Shown one piece after another: positions 23,547-35,944 of a stretch of 64,000 nt of DNA. The stretch comes from Octopus bimaculoides (lineage: Eukaryota): positions 37,609,768-37,673,767 of the forward strand of contig NC_068992.1 of NCBI RefSeq assembly GCF_001194135.2, written 5' to 3'. Below the pieces are notes generated by a model, which did no database searches, was not told where the DNA came from, and saw only the letters and a list, made by a program, of their open reading frames with translations. Positions within the stretch are counted from its first letter, which is position 1, and each line of letters begins with the position of its first letter. The translations under genes were made by a program, and so were the position numbers.

Positions 23547-26410
23547 TAAGTATAGTGGATAGAATAGAAAACGTTCAAATCAGGCAGACTACGATTAACA
23601 CATACATATATAGGTTTGGTTAAAATAAGAATTGTCCAAACTGAAAAAATATTGATATATAGAGATATAAAAATATATAGAAATATAAAAATATATGAAT
23701 ACTAAAAATATACATGGACATATAGACATATAAACATACTGATAACACTGGGCAACAAAAAGATCTTTTTGTCATGCTATTTATACTTTTTCAGTTGATT
23801 TAGGGTAAGTTTAGGGTGATGAATTCAAATCTGACATCAGTTTTCAGACAGCACATGTAGTTTTTTAGTTATTCACAGCATCAAATTTTCCAACTAATTG
23901 ATAATATTGACAAAGTAGTAGGCTATTTGCTTTCGATTTTCATTCATATTCTCATCACTGAAACAAAATACATGCTGATAGAGGGAAATGTAGGCTACCT
24001 GTTAAATTGTCACACAAGATGAGAATTTATTTTACTTTGTTATCGCTGTAATTATAGTAAAGTTCTCCTCACAGTAGGTTATTGATATTAGGTTATAGTA
24101 AGTCACTTAGACTCCTTTTTCTTGATAACTGTTAGTACTGTTAAAAAAAAGTACATCAAATAAGAGAGCCAGGTTATATGGAAAGTAGTTTAGTAGTAAG
24201 TCTAGTTATTTATTAAAGTGATCAATGTTTGAAATTTAGAGATGGAAAAAATTGTTTCGTGATAGCCATAGCTTCAGTACATTCTATAATAATTTCAATG
24301 AATTTTTTGGAGAAATATATTTTGATATTTTACCATAACATTGATTAATTTTATATTTTAGGTTATTACTGTATGTATTTATGATGAGCAGAAAAGTTTG
24401 TGCTAATCACCTGGATAGCTTTTGTTACATGTGTGGAAAATTTATGCCAAAAGATCAGAGAAATAAGCTTACAAAGAAATGTTTAAATGCTTACAAGCTT
24501 TACTTTGGGGGAAAAGTTGGAGACCAAGATAAATTGTGGGTGCCTCATGTTTGTTTCAAAAACTGCTACATAGCACTAATCCAATGGCTGAATAGTAAAC
24601 GGAAAAGTATACCATTTGCAGTATCAATAATATGGCACAAGCCAACAAACCACTACAAAAATTGTTAATTTCTGCTTAACTAACATCACAGGTTTCTCTA
24701 AGAAGAACAAATCCAAGATTATTTATCCAGATTGCCCTTCAGCTTTAACACCAATTGCTCATGCTGCTGAAAATATTCCAATTCCAGAACTTCCTTCATC
24801 TTTTGACAAAGATAGTTCAAGTGAAGAAAGTACTGCATCTACTTCAATTGAAGGCGTGCCGAGTGATACAGCAGATCACTGTGATGAACCAGGATCTTCA
24901 AAAAAATTTCCTCATTTATTAAGTCAGCTTGAGTTAAATGATTTAGTTAGAGACTTGGATTTAACAAAAGAAAAGTCAAAATTATTGAGCTCCAGGTTGA
25001 AACAATGGAATCTTTTATATGGTGGTGTAAAATACTCGTATTTTCGAAGACAGCATACAGAATTGCATGAATTTTTTATGGAGAAAGACAGTATTTGTTT
25101 TTGTTGTGATGTTGAAGGACTCCTACATGAGATGGGGTACAGCCATAATCCTGAGGAATGGAGACACTTCATAGATTCCAGTAAAGCAAGCCTTAAAGCT
25201 GTTTTGCTGCATAATGGCAATCAAAAACCTTCAATACCACTAGCACATACTGTAGGATTAAAGGAAACTTATGAATCAATGGATCTTGATTAAATATTCT
25301 GAGCACAACTAGAATATATGCAGGGATTTGAAAGTTATTAGTTGGCTTCTTGGGTTGCAAATGGGGTATACAAAGCATCAGTGCTTTTTGTACCTCTGGA
25401 ACAGCAGAGATTACAAGCATTATTATGATCAAAAAGAGCGGCCAAAGAAATGTGATCTCGCTCCAAGGAGATACAACATTAAGTATATACCTTCCTCCCT
25501 TACACATTAAACTTAACTTCTTTAAGAATTTTTTTAAGGCCATGAATGAAGACAGGAAAGATTCAAATATCTCAGTGAAAATTTTGTTTCTAGCAAGACC
25601 AGAAATTCACACACTAATTTGTGATGAGTTTTTTCAAGAAAAATTAAGCCCAGTAGAGAAAACTGCTTGGGAAAAGATTGTTTCTCTTGTAAAAAAACTT
25701 TTTGGGAAATGGAAAATCATCTAACTATGTTGCAATTGTGAATGATTTTTTGAAAGGTTATAAGCAACTTGGGGCAAGAATGTCTCTAAAAATTAATTTT
25801 CTCCACTCTTATCTTGACTTTTTTCCACCCAATATGGGTTATGTAAGTGATGAGCATGAAAGCCGCTACAGTGGCAGACTTACACCAAACATGCTGACAG
25901 ACTGCTACTGGTTTTTAAAATGAGAAATGGACGTGCAACATAAGTGCAAAAGAAAACGCTAAAGCTATTTTTGAAAAACATAAAATTAATAATATTCACT
26001 TTACACTTTTGTTTTGTGTTTTATTGGTTTTAGAGCTACTTGTTCACCTAGTTGCTATTGTTCTTATACCAAATAATGGTAATTTATACTTAACATAACA
26101 TTCCTTTTATTTGTCATGAATTTTCACATTATTGTAATTTTGATAACAGTATAGTAATGATAGTGCAAAAACGTGATATGCTAGAGCAAAAATGATTGCA
26201 GATTCAGAATCAGCATTCCCTAATTACCTATGAGCACCATTTCATCTAATAGTATCAAAACTTTTGTTCCCAAGTGTAATAAAAAACAGATAAAAATAAT
26301 AGTGGAATATAGATAAAAAACGTTTTTTAAAAAAATTTTAAATATGGTACAGTTATAGGCATTAAAAAGGGTTTTGGGTTACATGTTAGAAGAAATACAG
26401 TGTTCCAACT
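23547..26410 (-). mobile_element. Inverted Penelope pseudo-LTR, split by the Chapaev3 insertion
   Basis: 23547-23745 joined to 26280-26410 is the reverse complement of ~26877-27212. Confidence 0.8.
23746..26276 (+). mobile_element. Chapaev3 (CMC superfamily) DNA transposon, 2531 bp, disrupted transposase at 24381-25923
   Basis: TIRs CACTGGGCAACAAAA / TTTTGTTCCCAAGTG; 3-bp TAA duplication at 23743-45 and 26277-79. Motifs DSFCYMCG, GDQDK.W.PH.C, LNDLVRDL, FIDSSKASLKAVLLHNGN, PLHIKL, SLKINFLHS, VSDEH. Confidence 0.88.
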
Positions 26411-27212
26411 ATGATTGACCAATCATAGACATGGCCTCATCTTACAATATGATTACTGGCAGATATCGAATGTATATAAAAGAATCATTCATTATCCTTT
26501 GCATGTTTAATTCTACTGTTTAAGATAAGTTTTCTGACACTATTCATTCGTGCAACCACAGATACTACTCAACTTTCATGAGACAATTTAAATTTGAACC
26601 TACTTAGCATTAATTTCTGTTGCATAGTATATCGCCAATACAATTATAAATTTTAAGAAAGAAAGTAAGCAATCTAATTTTACTCCAATTAGCCCTCATA
26701 AAAACTTCCATAATTTACATAGCTATATCTGCTCTTCTATAAAAGCATCCAATTTTCTCATACCTTCATAAAGAACTGAACACATATCAAAAATAAACAT
26801 CATTTTTCTCTCTGATGAAGGGGGCATTTTCTGGAAATGATTCTTAATCAGTAATTTGACTGCTCCAGAAACAATTGTCGGAATACTATATTTCTTCTAA
26901 CATGTAACCCAAAACTCTTTTTAATGCCTATTACTATACCATATTCTTAATTTTTAAAGAAAATTTTTTTATCTATATTCCACTGTTATTTTTATTTATA
27001 TTCTATTATTTATGTATCTATATATCTCTATGTCCATGTATATTTTTAGTATTCATATATTTTTATATTTCTAGATATTTTTATATCTCTAATATATCAA
27101 TATATTTTTCAATTTGGACAATTCTTATTTTATTTTAACTAAACTTGCATATGTATATGTTAATCGTAGTCTGCCTGATTTAAACTTTTTCCATTCTATC
27201 CACTATGCTTAC
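26411..27212 (+). mobile_element. Penelope-like element 3' end (endonuclease C-terminus plus pseudo-LTR with hammerhead)
   Basis: Frame from ~26422 reads IIDMASSYNMITGRYRMYIKESFIILCMFNSTV*DKFSDTIHSCNHR. This matches the PLE C-terminal Y-N-x2-T-x-RC-x-LC-x2-EK..LN..S-x-C-x-H pattern. Confidence 0.7.
26808..26884 (+). ncRNA. Type I hammerhead ribozyme motif with palindromic stem III (PLE type)
   Basis: CTGATGA at 26812-18, extra A, stem II GGGGC/GCTCC, GAAA at 26868-71, ACAATTGT palindrome, GTC cleavage triplet ending 26879. The G10.1-C11.1 pair is mutated and stem I is only 3 bp. Confidence 0.65.
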
Positions 27213-27581
27213 ATATATATATATACATATAGTGTAGGTATCAGTTAGAGGGGTTCAATTATCTTTTGCATCCTAACCAATGCACCTATCTATATTTGCA
27301 TTCTGAAAAGATTTACTTAAACCAGTAAATCAAAATGATCATAAATGCTTCTCTCATCTCTGCTTCTTCCTCCTTGTTAACTATTTAATTAAAGACATAC
27401 CAGCGAAAACAATGAGTTTCCCATTGTTATTATATCCATTTTCTTCTCCTACACACGTATATATATATATATACATATATATATCAAGGGTTGAACAAAC
27501 AGAACACAAGGAGAAAAAGTTAGACAAAAGCAGAGTAAATGAGGAAACTAGACAAAAACTTAACAGACAGGAAATGTCATA

Positions 27582-27664
27582 GTGAATGGTTTTCTTGACG
27601 ACATGTCAGTGTGACTACGACAGTTGCTAGGCAGCAACAAAATGGCAATGAGTGAGCTCATCAT
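27582..27664 (+). repeat. 83-bp copy of Gypsy gag segment 12623-12705
   Basis: 82/83 identical by eye. Confidence 0.95.
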
Positions 27665-27897
27665 AGTGGTTTCACGCCATTATTATTGAGACCACTCAAT
27701 CTTAAAGGCACCAGTGCTGTTATTAAAGACAGAGAGAGAGAATGTGTGTGTGTGTATTTGTATGTTCTTATATGTGTTATTACACATTTTTCCAATCAAG
27801 TTATTTATTGAATGCCAAGACAATTCTAGGAAAAAGACTTTGCTTGCTCCTCTTTGTCTCTTTGGATTTTTATTAGATGATAATATTACAAGTTATA

Positions 27898-28006
27898 TAA
27901 GGTGGTGAGCTGGCAGAATCATTAGCATGCCAGGCTAAATGTTTGGTGGCATTTTGTCTATCTTTACGTTCTGAGGTCAAGTTCTGCCAAGGTCAACTTT
28001 GCCTTA
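27898..28006 (+). mobile_element. tRNA-derived SINE head (A/B-box region)
   Basis: ggtggtgagctggcagaatcattagc..gttctgaggtcaagttctgcc..gtcaactttgcctt. Confidence 0.7.
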
Positions 28007-28717
28007 AATGACTCAGAGACACCATCTTCATGAAAGACAAAAGGTAAATGTTAAAATGATTAATGCAGAGAGCATTAAAAAACTAACTAAAAATAATGTA
28101 GTGAGAAAAAAATAACATTATTAGCTTTAATATAGTGTTTTCTATTCTCCAGGAAGTACATGTATTAAGTATGTTTCCCAAGAATGTTGTACAATACAAG
28201 AGACAATATGAATCACGGAATCTTTGACCAAGTGGCTTACACTCATAAAATTGTCAAAATTAAGTTCCCTGTTAAGTTATAGAATTGAACACTAATAGCT
28301 ACAGTGATCAATCAGTATCTCAGTTGACAGAAACTCCCTGCAGATAATTAGTAGGATGCAAGGGTCTCTCCAGACCACCATATTAAGGTATTCCAAACTT
28401 AATTTGCAACAGAGTTAGGGCACTCTAACTTCTTAATTTAATTTTAAATCAAGGCTTAATTAGTCAAAAAAAGTTTCAAGAATATTTTAGATACATTTTT
28501 CTAAAATTTGATGATATTTTTTTAAAAATGGAATATGATAAATAAATATAGCTGCCCATGTTTAAGGAGAAATCACTGTAGATAACAATAAATCAGGCAA
28601 CATTTTTTTCTTTAATCAGTGATATTAGCAGCTAAACACACTATAGTGAACAGCTGTAGTTGACTATTGCATGTCTATGCAATTGATAGATAGCTAATTG
28701 AGAGCACTAATGCCTAA

Positions 28718-28826
28718 ATTTAGTCCCACTGCATGGCACTTTGGGCAAATGTCTTCTACTATAGCCTCGGGCCGACCAAAGCCTTGTGAGTGGATTTGGT
28801 AGATGGAAATTGAAAGAAGACCGTCG

Positions 28827-28889
<63 letters not shown>

Positions 28890-29108
28890 TTGTGTGTTTG
28901 TGTTTGTCCCCCCCAACATCGCTTGACAACCGATGCTGTTGTGTTTACGTCCCCGTAACTTAGCGGTTCGGCAAAAGAGACCGATAGAATAAGTACTAGG
29001 CTTACAAAGAATAAGACCTGGGGTCGATTTGCTTGACTAAAGGTGGTGCTCCAGCATGGCTGCAGTCAAATGACTGAAACAAATAAAAGAGTAAAAGAGT
29101 AAAGAGTA
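28718..29108 (+). mobile_element. Composite CORE-type SINE with internal (TA)n(TG)n
   Basis: ggcactttgggcaaatgtcttctactatagcc core and AAAGAGT-repeat tail; inverted copy at 33592-33982. Confidence 0.85.
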
Positions 29109-29278
29109 AATTTGAAAAAGTCTCAGCTACCATGAAAAAACAAAATAAATGGATTTAAAACAGAAAATTTTAAAAAATAAATAATGGAAGTATATAAATG
29201 GAATATAAAATTGTTTTGAAATTGTTAAATCTTTTAAAAAATGCAACTATAATCAATAGATTTTTTTCTTATACTGAC

Positions 29279-29398
29279 TTGAAGACCTTCCTCTGCTTTT
29301 TTCAAAGTAATACTCAATTCATGGAAGTCAGATTCACACCCAGCACTGCTTTCATAGCTCTCCATTTTCTTCCGTAACTGATGCACTTCATCTTGTAC
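29279..29398 (-). CDS. IQCH: Coding exon (120 bp, phase 0-0) resembling the N-terminal helical region of IQ motif-containing protein H
   Basis: Acceptor tgtttattccag| and donor CAA|gtcagt. Peptide VQDEVHQLRKKMESYESSAGCESDFHELSITLKKAEEGLQ aligns by eye with my recollection of human IQCH IHEDLYQLKEKL..DIQSLETAIKRTEVGLR. The exon is well supported; the gene name comes from recalled sequence. Confidence 0.6.
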
Positions 29399-30105
29399 CT
29401 GGAATAAACAAAACAACGATTTATACACTTTATATATGAACACATTTAAAGTTACTATCAAGGAATTTTGTATTAAAACATAAATTCAAGAGATGAGCAT
29501 GTTAGAGATCAGAAACAGTAAATCCAGCCTTTCTTTAAGTTTAATTAAATTTAATAATCTGTCACACATTGCTTTGTCAAAGTTGTAAACAACTAAATGA
29601 TACTATCATCCTAAATATGTCACATCAGTCCATACTCATTCAATGTATTTGTTAACTCTCCTACTTTTATCAGTTTTACTGTTTCATTCCCGGACCCAGT
29701 ATCAAGATTTTTTCTTATCTTTTTTTTGGTTTTTCTTTAGAAGTGCATTCCTCTGAAACTTCCTACTTTTTTCTATTTTACTTACTGAGGAGTTGAAGTT
29801 CAAACTGAATATTAAACATACCTCCTTCCTCAGTCTAGAAAAGCCTATCAAGGCTATGGTCATTTCTCCTTGTCCACTGATTAACTAATAAAAATAATTA
29901 CAAAAAGTAATAATTACATAAAAATCAGTCTAAGCAGTGATATCATACAGCAACTAGTATCACTTATAATGTATAATTCTATATTTTTTCTTTTACATGT
30001 TTCAGTCACATGAATAATTTTTTTCCATTGACCAAGAGTAAGTTTTCAATGAGTTAAGTCTGCTAAGCAGTGATTCCCTGTTGAAAAATATTTCACTTAA
30101 CTTAC

Positions 30106-30157
30106 ACTGCTAATATCTTCATCTGCAGCCTGTGAAATATAGAGCCTTCTGCCTAGT
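30106..30157 (-). CDS. Candidate upstream exon (52 bp) of the same gene
   Basis: Acceptor ttttatttttttgttttag| and consensus donor |gtaagt. The only open frame (LGRRLYISQAADEDISS) ends in phase 0, in frame with 29279-29398. Confidence 0.55.
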
Positions 30158-31394
30158 CTAAAACAAAAAAATAAAATAAAATAAATAAGATAAAATTTTG
30201 CTAATTATTTTGATTCGCTGCATTATATTGTCAGTAAAATTGATGTTTACCACCAATACTACAACTATATCCTTATCACATGAGAAAGATCCATGAAGCT
30301 TGTCAGCTACAGTTTTGAATAAATGATAAATCTTGTCGTGGATATGATCATCTATGACTAACTGAATTCAACAAACTAAGTTGCTACATTGTATACAGCA
30401 ATGAACTCTACCTCCTCAGCACCCCATAACCAGCAACTGGACCATTTCAGAATTAAGTATCTTGCTATAGATACAATGCAGGAGCAGTGACAGTTGAGCT
30501 AGTTGCCTACTACTGTCTCAGTAATTTTAGTTTCTTTGATGTTGAAAATAAAAGGTTGTCAATGGTGTTAGTAGTAATTGAATTTTGGCAATGCCAAATG
30601 TTTAATATTTTACACATTATTCAGAGCAGAATAACATAGCATACACTGTAAGAGATTTTAACACATCTGCCAGCTTTTTATAGCATCAGTTAAAAACAGA
30701 AAACTTGATGTGCCCTGTTTAGAACATCAGATATTTTTATTTTTTCCATAAGACATTATTATGGTGCCCCAATCCATTTTTTACATGTTATAACACAAAG
30801 GGAATTATTATTGCTTTTGCCTAGGTCAATGTGTTTAAGCAGACCTACAATCAAAGATATTCCAGCTATGAGCATTCCAGGCTTTTGTATACCTACAATA
30901 TAACCTTCCATTTCTTGAGGCAGTAAAGTATGATTTTAGGAAGATTTTGCTATATCTAGCAGGTTGTGTGACTACAAAGACTCTTTCACCATCTACTATT
31001 ACTGCTACAACAGTAGCAGAAGAAAAAAAAAAGCAACTAAACTGATAACAACACTTGTTCAAAGATGAGACAAGCACAGAGATATAACTAATAGAGGAGA
31101 AACCACTCAACCTTGAGCACATTCTTCAAAATTGGCATCTTTACAATAATTTTTTATTCACTTGTGCAATTAAAGTCAAATCTGTATTTTTTTTTCCATT
31201 AATCACACAGCCTTGGAAGAACTTTTTAGAGTCATTACTTTATTTGGCCAATCACCCATTTTTTAGAACTATCTGCTCAATCTCAAGTGATGTGTTGGTG
31301 GCTGCTGACATTTGAAGAACCAAAACAAACCCTGACATCATAACCTCTCAACATAAGATGATCCTGTGGAGTTCCATCGTTTTCATGTCACAAC

Positions 31395-32420
31395 TCTGCC
31401 CCTGGGAGCTCCTCTACATTGATGACCTTGTTCTTATAGCTGAATCACTATCTGACCTAGAGAAGAAATTTCAGGCCTGGAATCTAATGGCTTTAGAGTT
31501 AATTTAGCAAAAACCAAAGTCCTAGTGAGTAGGAAAACAGACAATTCACAAGTCCCTTCAGGTTGATGGCCCTGCTTGATATGTATGAAGAGTGTTGGTA
31601 GAAATTCCATATGTTGTACTCAGTGCTAGTTTTGGACACATAAAAAATGTAGTGGTATCACAGGAAGGTTAATGGAGAAAATAGTCTTTGTGTGTGGCAA
31701 ATGTGTGGGTACAATAAGCACTAAAAATGCACAGACAATAGACTCCCTCAAATGCTTAGAAGTAGTAGATGGCTTCTATTACCTAGGTGACCAAGTTAGC
31801 AGTGGAGGAAGAAGTTCTGAAAGTGTAGTTACTAGAATAAGAATGGGCTGAGTAAAGTTCAGAGAGCTACCACCTTTGTTGGTAACTAAGGGCCTCACTC
31901 TCAGAGTGAAAGGCAGATTGTATGATGCCTATGTATGTACAGCTATAATACATGGAAGTGAAACATGGGCTTTGACTACAAGAGGACTTGTGAAGGCTTG
32001 AAAGAAATGAAGCTAGCATGCTCCACTGGATGGGTAATGTCAATGTTTACACATGACAGAGTGTTGTGCACAAGAGAGAAGAATGCACTGGTTTGGTCAT
32101 GAGCTGTGTATGGATGAGGACAGCTGCATAAAGAAGTGCCAAGTTCTAATTGTGGAAGGAACCTGTGGAAAGAACCTGTGAAAGGGGTAGATCCAGAAAG
32201 ATGTGGGATAAAGTGGTGAGAAAGGATCTTTGGATGCTGGGTCTCACTGAGGAAATGACAAGGGACTAGGAGTTGTGGCGATTTGTTGTACTTTAGAAGA
32301 TATGCCAAACTAAATAAGATCACTGTCATACATACATATAGGCTTGTCCTTTACAGATGCTGGTACTACATAAAATGCACTTGTGCCAGTGCTGTGTAAA
32401 CACACCTGTGCCAGTGGCAC
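31395..32420 (+). mobile_element. RTE LINE fragment (RT end, PHD-type finger, thumb, C-terminus)
   Basis: WELLYIDDL, PCLIC..CTQC..THKKC..VCGKC, GFYYLGDQ, AIIHGSETW. Confidence 0.9.
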
Positions 32421-33591
32421 AGGAAAAGCACCCAGCACACCATTATTTTTATGTGTTCACTCCCCCTAAGTTTAGAACCTGGCTATGCCTCTGTTGATTT
32501 TGTCAAGGGGGAATTTCAGATCCCAAGAGTTCTATTATACAAAATTTGCAACTAAATCTACATGGCAGAATTTTACAATTATGTTATGTTGGTTTTATAT
32601 TTTACACAACTTTTACTTCTAACTACACTCACTTCATACTGTGTTGTCTTTATTTTTTGTGGGAGGATGGACAATGTAAACAACAATCTTTAATATAAAA
32701 AAAATACAGCCATAGTGCTCTCAATTCTCACTGAAGATTGTTACTTTCAATTGAAAGATGATATAAACATGAAAAAGATATAGGAGGAAGCTATAGAATT
32801 AAAATCAGAAAACCATATCATTGAATCAATGTTAATATATTAGCATCTTAACTGTTTTCTAACCAAGCTTGCAACAGCCAACATTAGAGCAGCCAGAAAA
32901 TACAATTGTATAATGTTCATGTCTTCATCAAAGCAACAATAGTGTGATTAAAGGAAAATGTCAAGAAAGTATCAAAATTCCAAGAGGCTTTTGGTGGCGG
33001 TGGCAGCAGCAGCAGTGGTAGTGGTCATCGTCATCATCATAGATAACAACAATAACAATATCTTTCCCCACTATCATTATTATATCTTTAACAGTTGCTT
33101 GTTCCTCCTTGGCTTAATTTAGAGTACACAGTAGGATTAAGCTGTCTCCCTCACTCCACCATCATTTCATTTCCAGATTATCAATATTAGTTACATTTTC
33201 ACAAAAAACAAAAGCACTAATTTTTAGAGTAAAAGGATGAGAATCCCATAATGTTTATAACTTTTTGAAAGTCATCAACTATACAAGTAGGATGAAATAT
33301 CTTCCGCTTGGAATCAAAATCCCATTGAGAAAATGTCACAACAACCTACATCTTCTCTGTGGAATTCACTATTCTGATCACTAATATTAATTACATACTA
33401 TGTTACCCTTGTGGTATAATAGTTATCATGTTTGCATGACTTAAAAAGAGACACATAGCTCATTCTCTTCAGCAGTTTCATGCTTATTTTAAGAAAAGGC
33501 CGAGTGACAGAAGTAGTAGAGTATCAAACTAAATGACTAACAGTTCTGTTTTGCCTCTCTTCATTCTGACTTCAAATCCTGCTTGTATTAG

Positions 33592-33982
33592 CTTTTTTTT
33601 TACTTGTTTCAGTCATTTGACTGTGGCCATGCTGGAGCTCCACCTTTAGTCGAGCAAATCGACCCCAGGACTTATTCTTTGTAAGACTAGTACTTATTGT
33701 ATCAGACTCTTTTGCTGAACTGCTAAGTTACAGGGACGTAAACACACAACCATCGGTTGTCAAGCAATGGTGGGGGGGGGGACAAAATAGACACACAAAC
33801 ATATACAGACATACATATATACGACAGGCTTCTTTCAGTTTCCATCTACCAAATCCACTCACAAGGGTTTGGTCAGCTTGAGGCTATAGTAGAAGACACT
33901 TACCCAAGGTGCCACACAGTGGGAATGAACCCAGAACTATGTGGTTGGTAAGCAAGCTACTTACCATATAGCCACTCCTGCA
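33592..33982 (-). mobile_element. Composite CORE-type SINE, near complete
   Basis: Reverse complement of 28718-29108, including the tRNA-like head caggagtggctatatggtaagtagcttgc. Confidence 0.88.
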
Positions 33983-34849
33983 CTTTGTAAGTATTTTGAT
34001 AAATATTTAGGTCAAATAGTTGATTTACATTCTATCCTCAGAAATTTGTAGCCTTGGGATGGACAAAATACTATAGCATTGAACTAAACACAATAGAGGA
34101 TTTTATTGTATTCTTCTACAAGCTGAGTTCAAATATTTCTTGAACATCACTTTGGGATTGATAAAATAAATTACCAGTCAGATGTGAAGAGGTGAGTAGA
34201 AGAGAGAATACAGAGGACTGGAAAAATTGGGTGGGTAAGTACATAAGTGTGTGAGAGGAGAGTGAGAGAAATGGAAGTTGAGGTGAATGTAGCAAATGAA
34301 GAACAAAAGTGGAAGTATGGTCAACAGTAAACAGTGTAGGAGAAGATGAAAGAAACAGGAGTGCCTCAGGAAGGGAAGGGTGACAAGTGAAAGTACAGGA
34401 AGGGTGGAAAGCAGTAGTATAATAAATCTATAGAAAGATCAGAATAGGATATGTGAGGACACAACATGTGAAGAGAGACAAAGAGAGATGGAGGTCAAAG
34501 ATACATAGGGGTGGCTATAGTAAGTGGGGAACAAAAGTGGTAGAGTCATTGATGGTAGGGTGTTGAGAATGAGGGGATGCTAAAGATGATGTATGGCAGC
34601 CTAAAGCTATAGCTCAGAGGAAGAAGGACAGAAAAGGAATGATATTGAGATTGAGGGATAGACATTAAAAGAAAGTGGTTGCAGTGAAAGGGAGAGGTAA
34701 TTGGTAGCACAAAAGTGAATGAAATACGAATTACAGAATTACAGCAACAGAATAGTACCATAGTTAGAGGAGTGATGGATATTAAGAAGATGAGAAGTGG
34801 TATAGGTCTGATAGAGACAATTTGAGCAAATCACCAATCATCTGAGTCC

Positions 34850-35940
34850 TCCATGAGGTACAACATCTTAAGATCAGCCTTCATTACTTTATTCCATGTT
34901 TTCCTTGGTCTCCTTCCACAAGTTCCATCCACTTTAAGCAATCAGCACTTTTTTATACAATATCTTCATCCATACATATCACATAACCACACCAGTGCTG
35001 TCTTCTCTTTTGCACACTATATCTGATCCCCCTAATATCCACTTTTTTCTCTCAATACATCTGCACTTTTTTGTATACACACTAACATTGTACATCCAAC
35101 AGAGAATATTAGTTTCATTTCTTTCTGGCCTTTAGCATTCATAGCTCATGTCTCCCTACCATATAGCATTGCTGTTTGTACACAATCATATAATCTGCTT
35201 TTCACTCTGAGAGACCTTTTGTTACCAACTGATGTAAAAACTTTCTCAACTTTATTCTTAGGATTTCTGTAATTCCACTGCATCTTCTGTGTATCCATAG
35301 CTTGCATATGGAATTGTTGCCTACACATTTCCTATATATCAAGCAGAGCCATTTTCTCAAAGCAATTAGTCTTAAGGTCTAACACAGATTCCAAGGGTAA
35401 CTGCCCTTAAACTCCTCTGTTATGGCCTGAAGGACTATGGTGAACAGGATGGGACTGAGCTCTAGTGAACACCGACAAGTAAACTAGGTCCACCACTACT
35501 TACTTGTTACTAACATTCATCTTACAGACAGTACCACTGTATATGGCCTGTATAGCTTTCATATGTCATTCATCTACTTCTAAATTCCTCAAAGACAATC
35601 AGATCACAGAGCAAGGGACTCTGTTAAAAGCTTTCTCTAGGTCAATGACTGCCAAGTACATTGACTTACTTTTATCTAAATACTTCACCTGCTTGCTAGA
35701 AAGAGGGTATCAGTAGTACTTCTCCCTAGTACAAAAACCAAACTGCATTTCATCTAGTTTAATTCTCTTTCAAATTAATTCGGCCCAAACTCTTTCTATA
35801 ACTTTCATGACCTAGTCCAGCAATTTGATGCCTATGAAATTACTTCTAAGGCATCTCCTTTACTCTTGTAAAAGTTGAATATAATGGTACTATACCAGTC
35901 ATTGGGTATGGCACCTTCCTGTGCAACAGTGCAGAGGAAA
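34850..35940 (-). mobile_element. RTE LINE RT/thumb fragment
   Basis: QEGAIPNDW, KGDALE, LDEMQFGF, DLEKAF, VQTAMLYGRET. Confidence 0.85.
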
Positions 35941-35944
35941 TGAG

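Noticed and set aside
27310-27385. Minus-strand NKEEEAEMREAF resembling an EF-hand entry helix
   Set aside because: No EF-hand loop follows, and the frame closes.
30835-31122. 95-aa minus-strand ORF
   Set aside because: No motif, no splice signals and no homology recognised.
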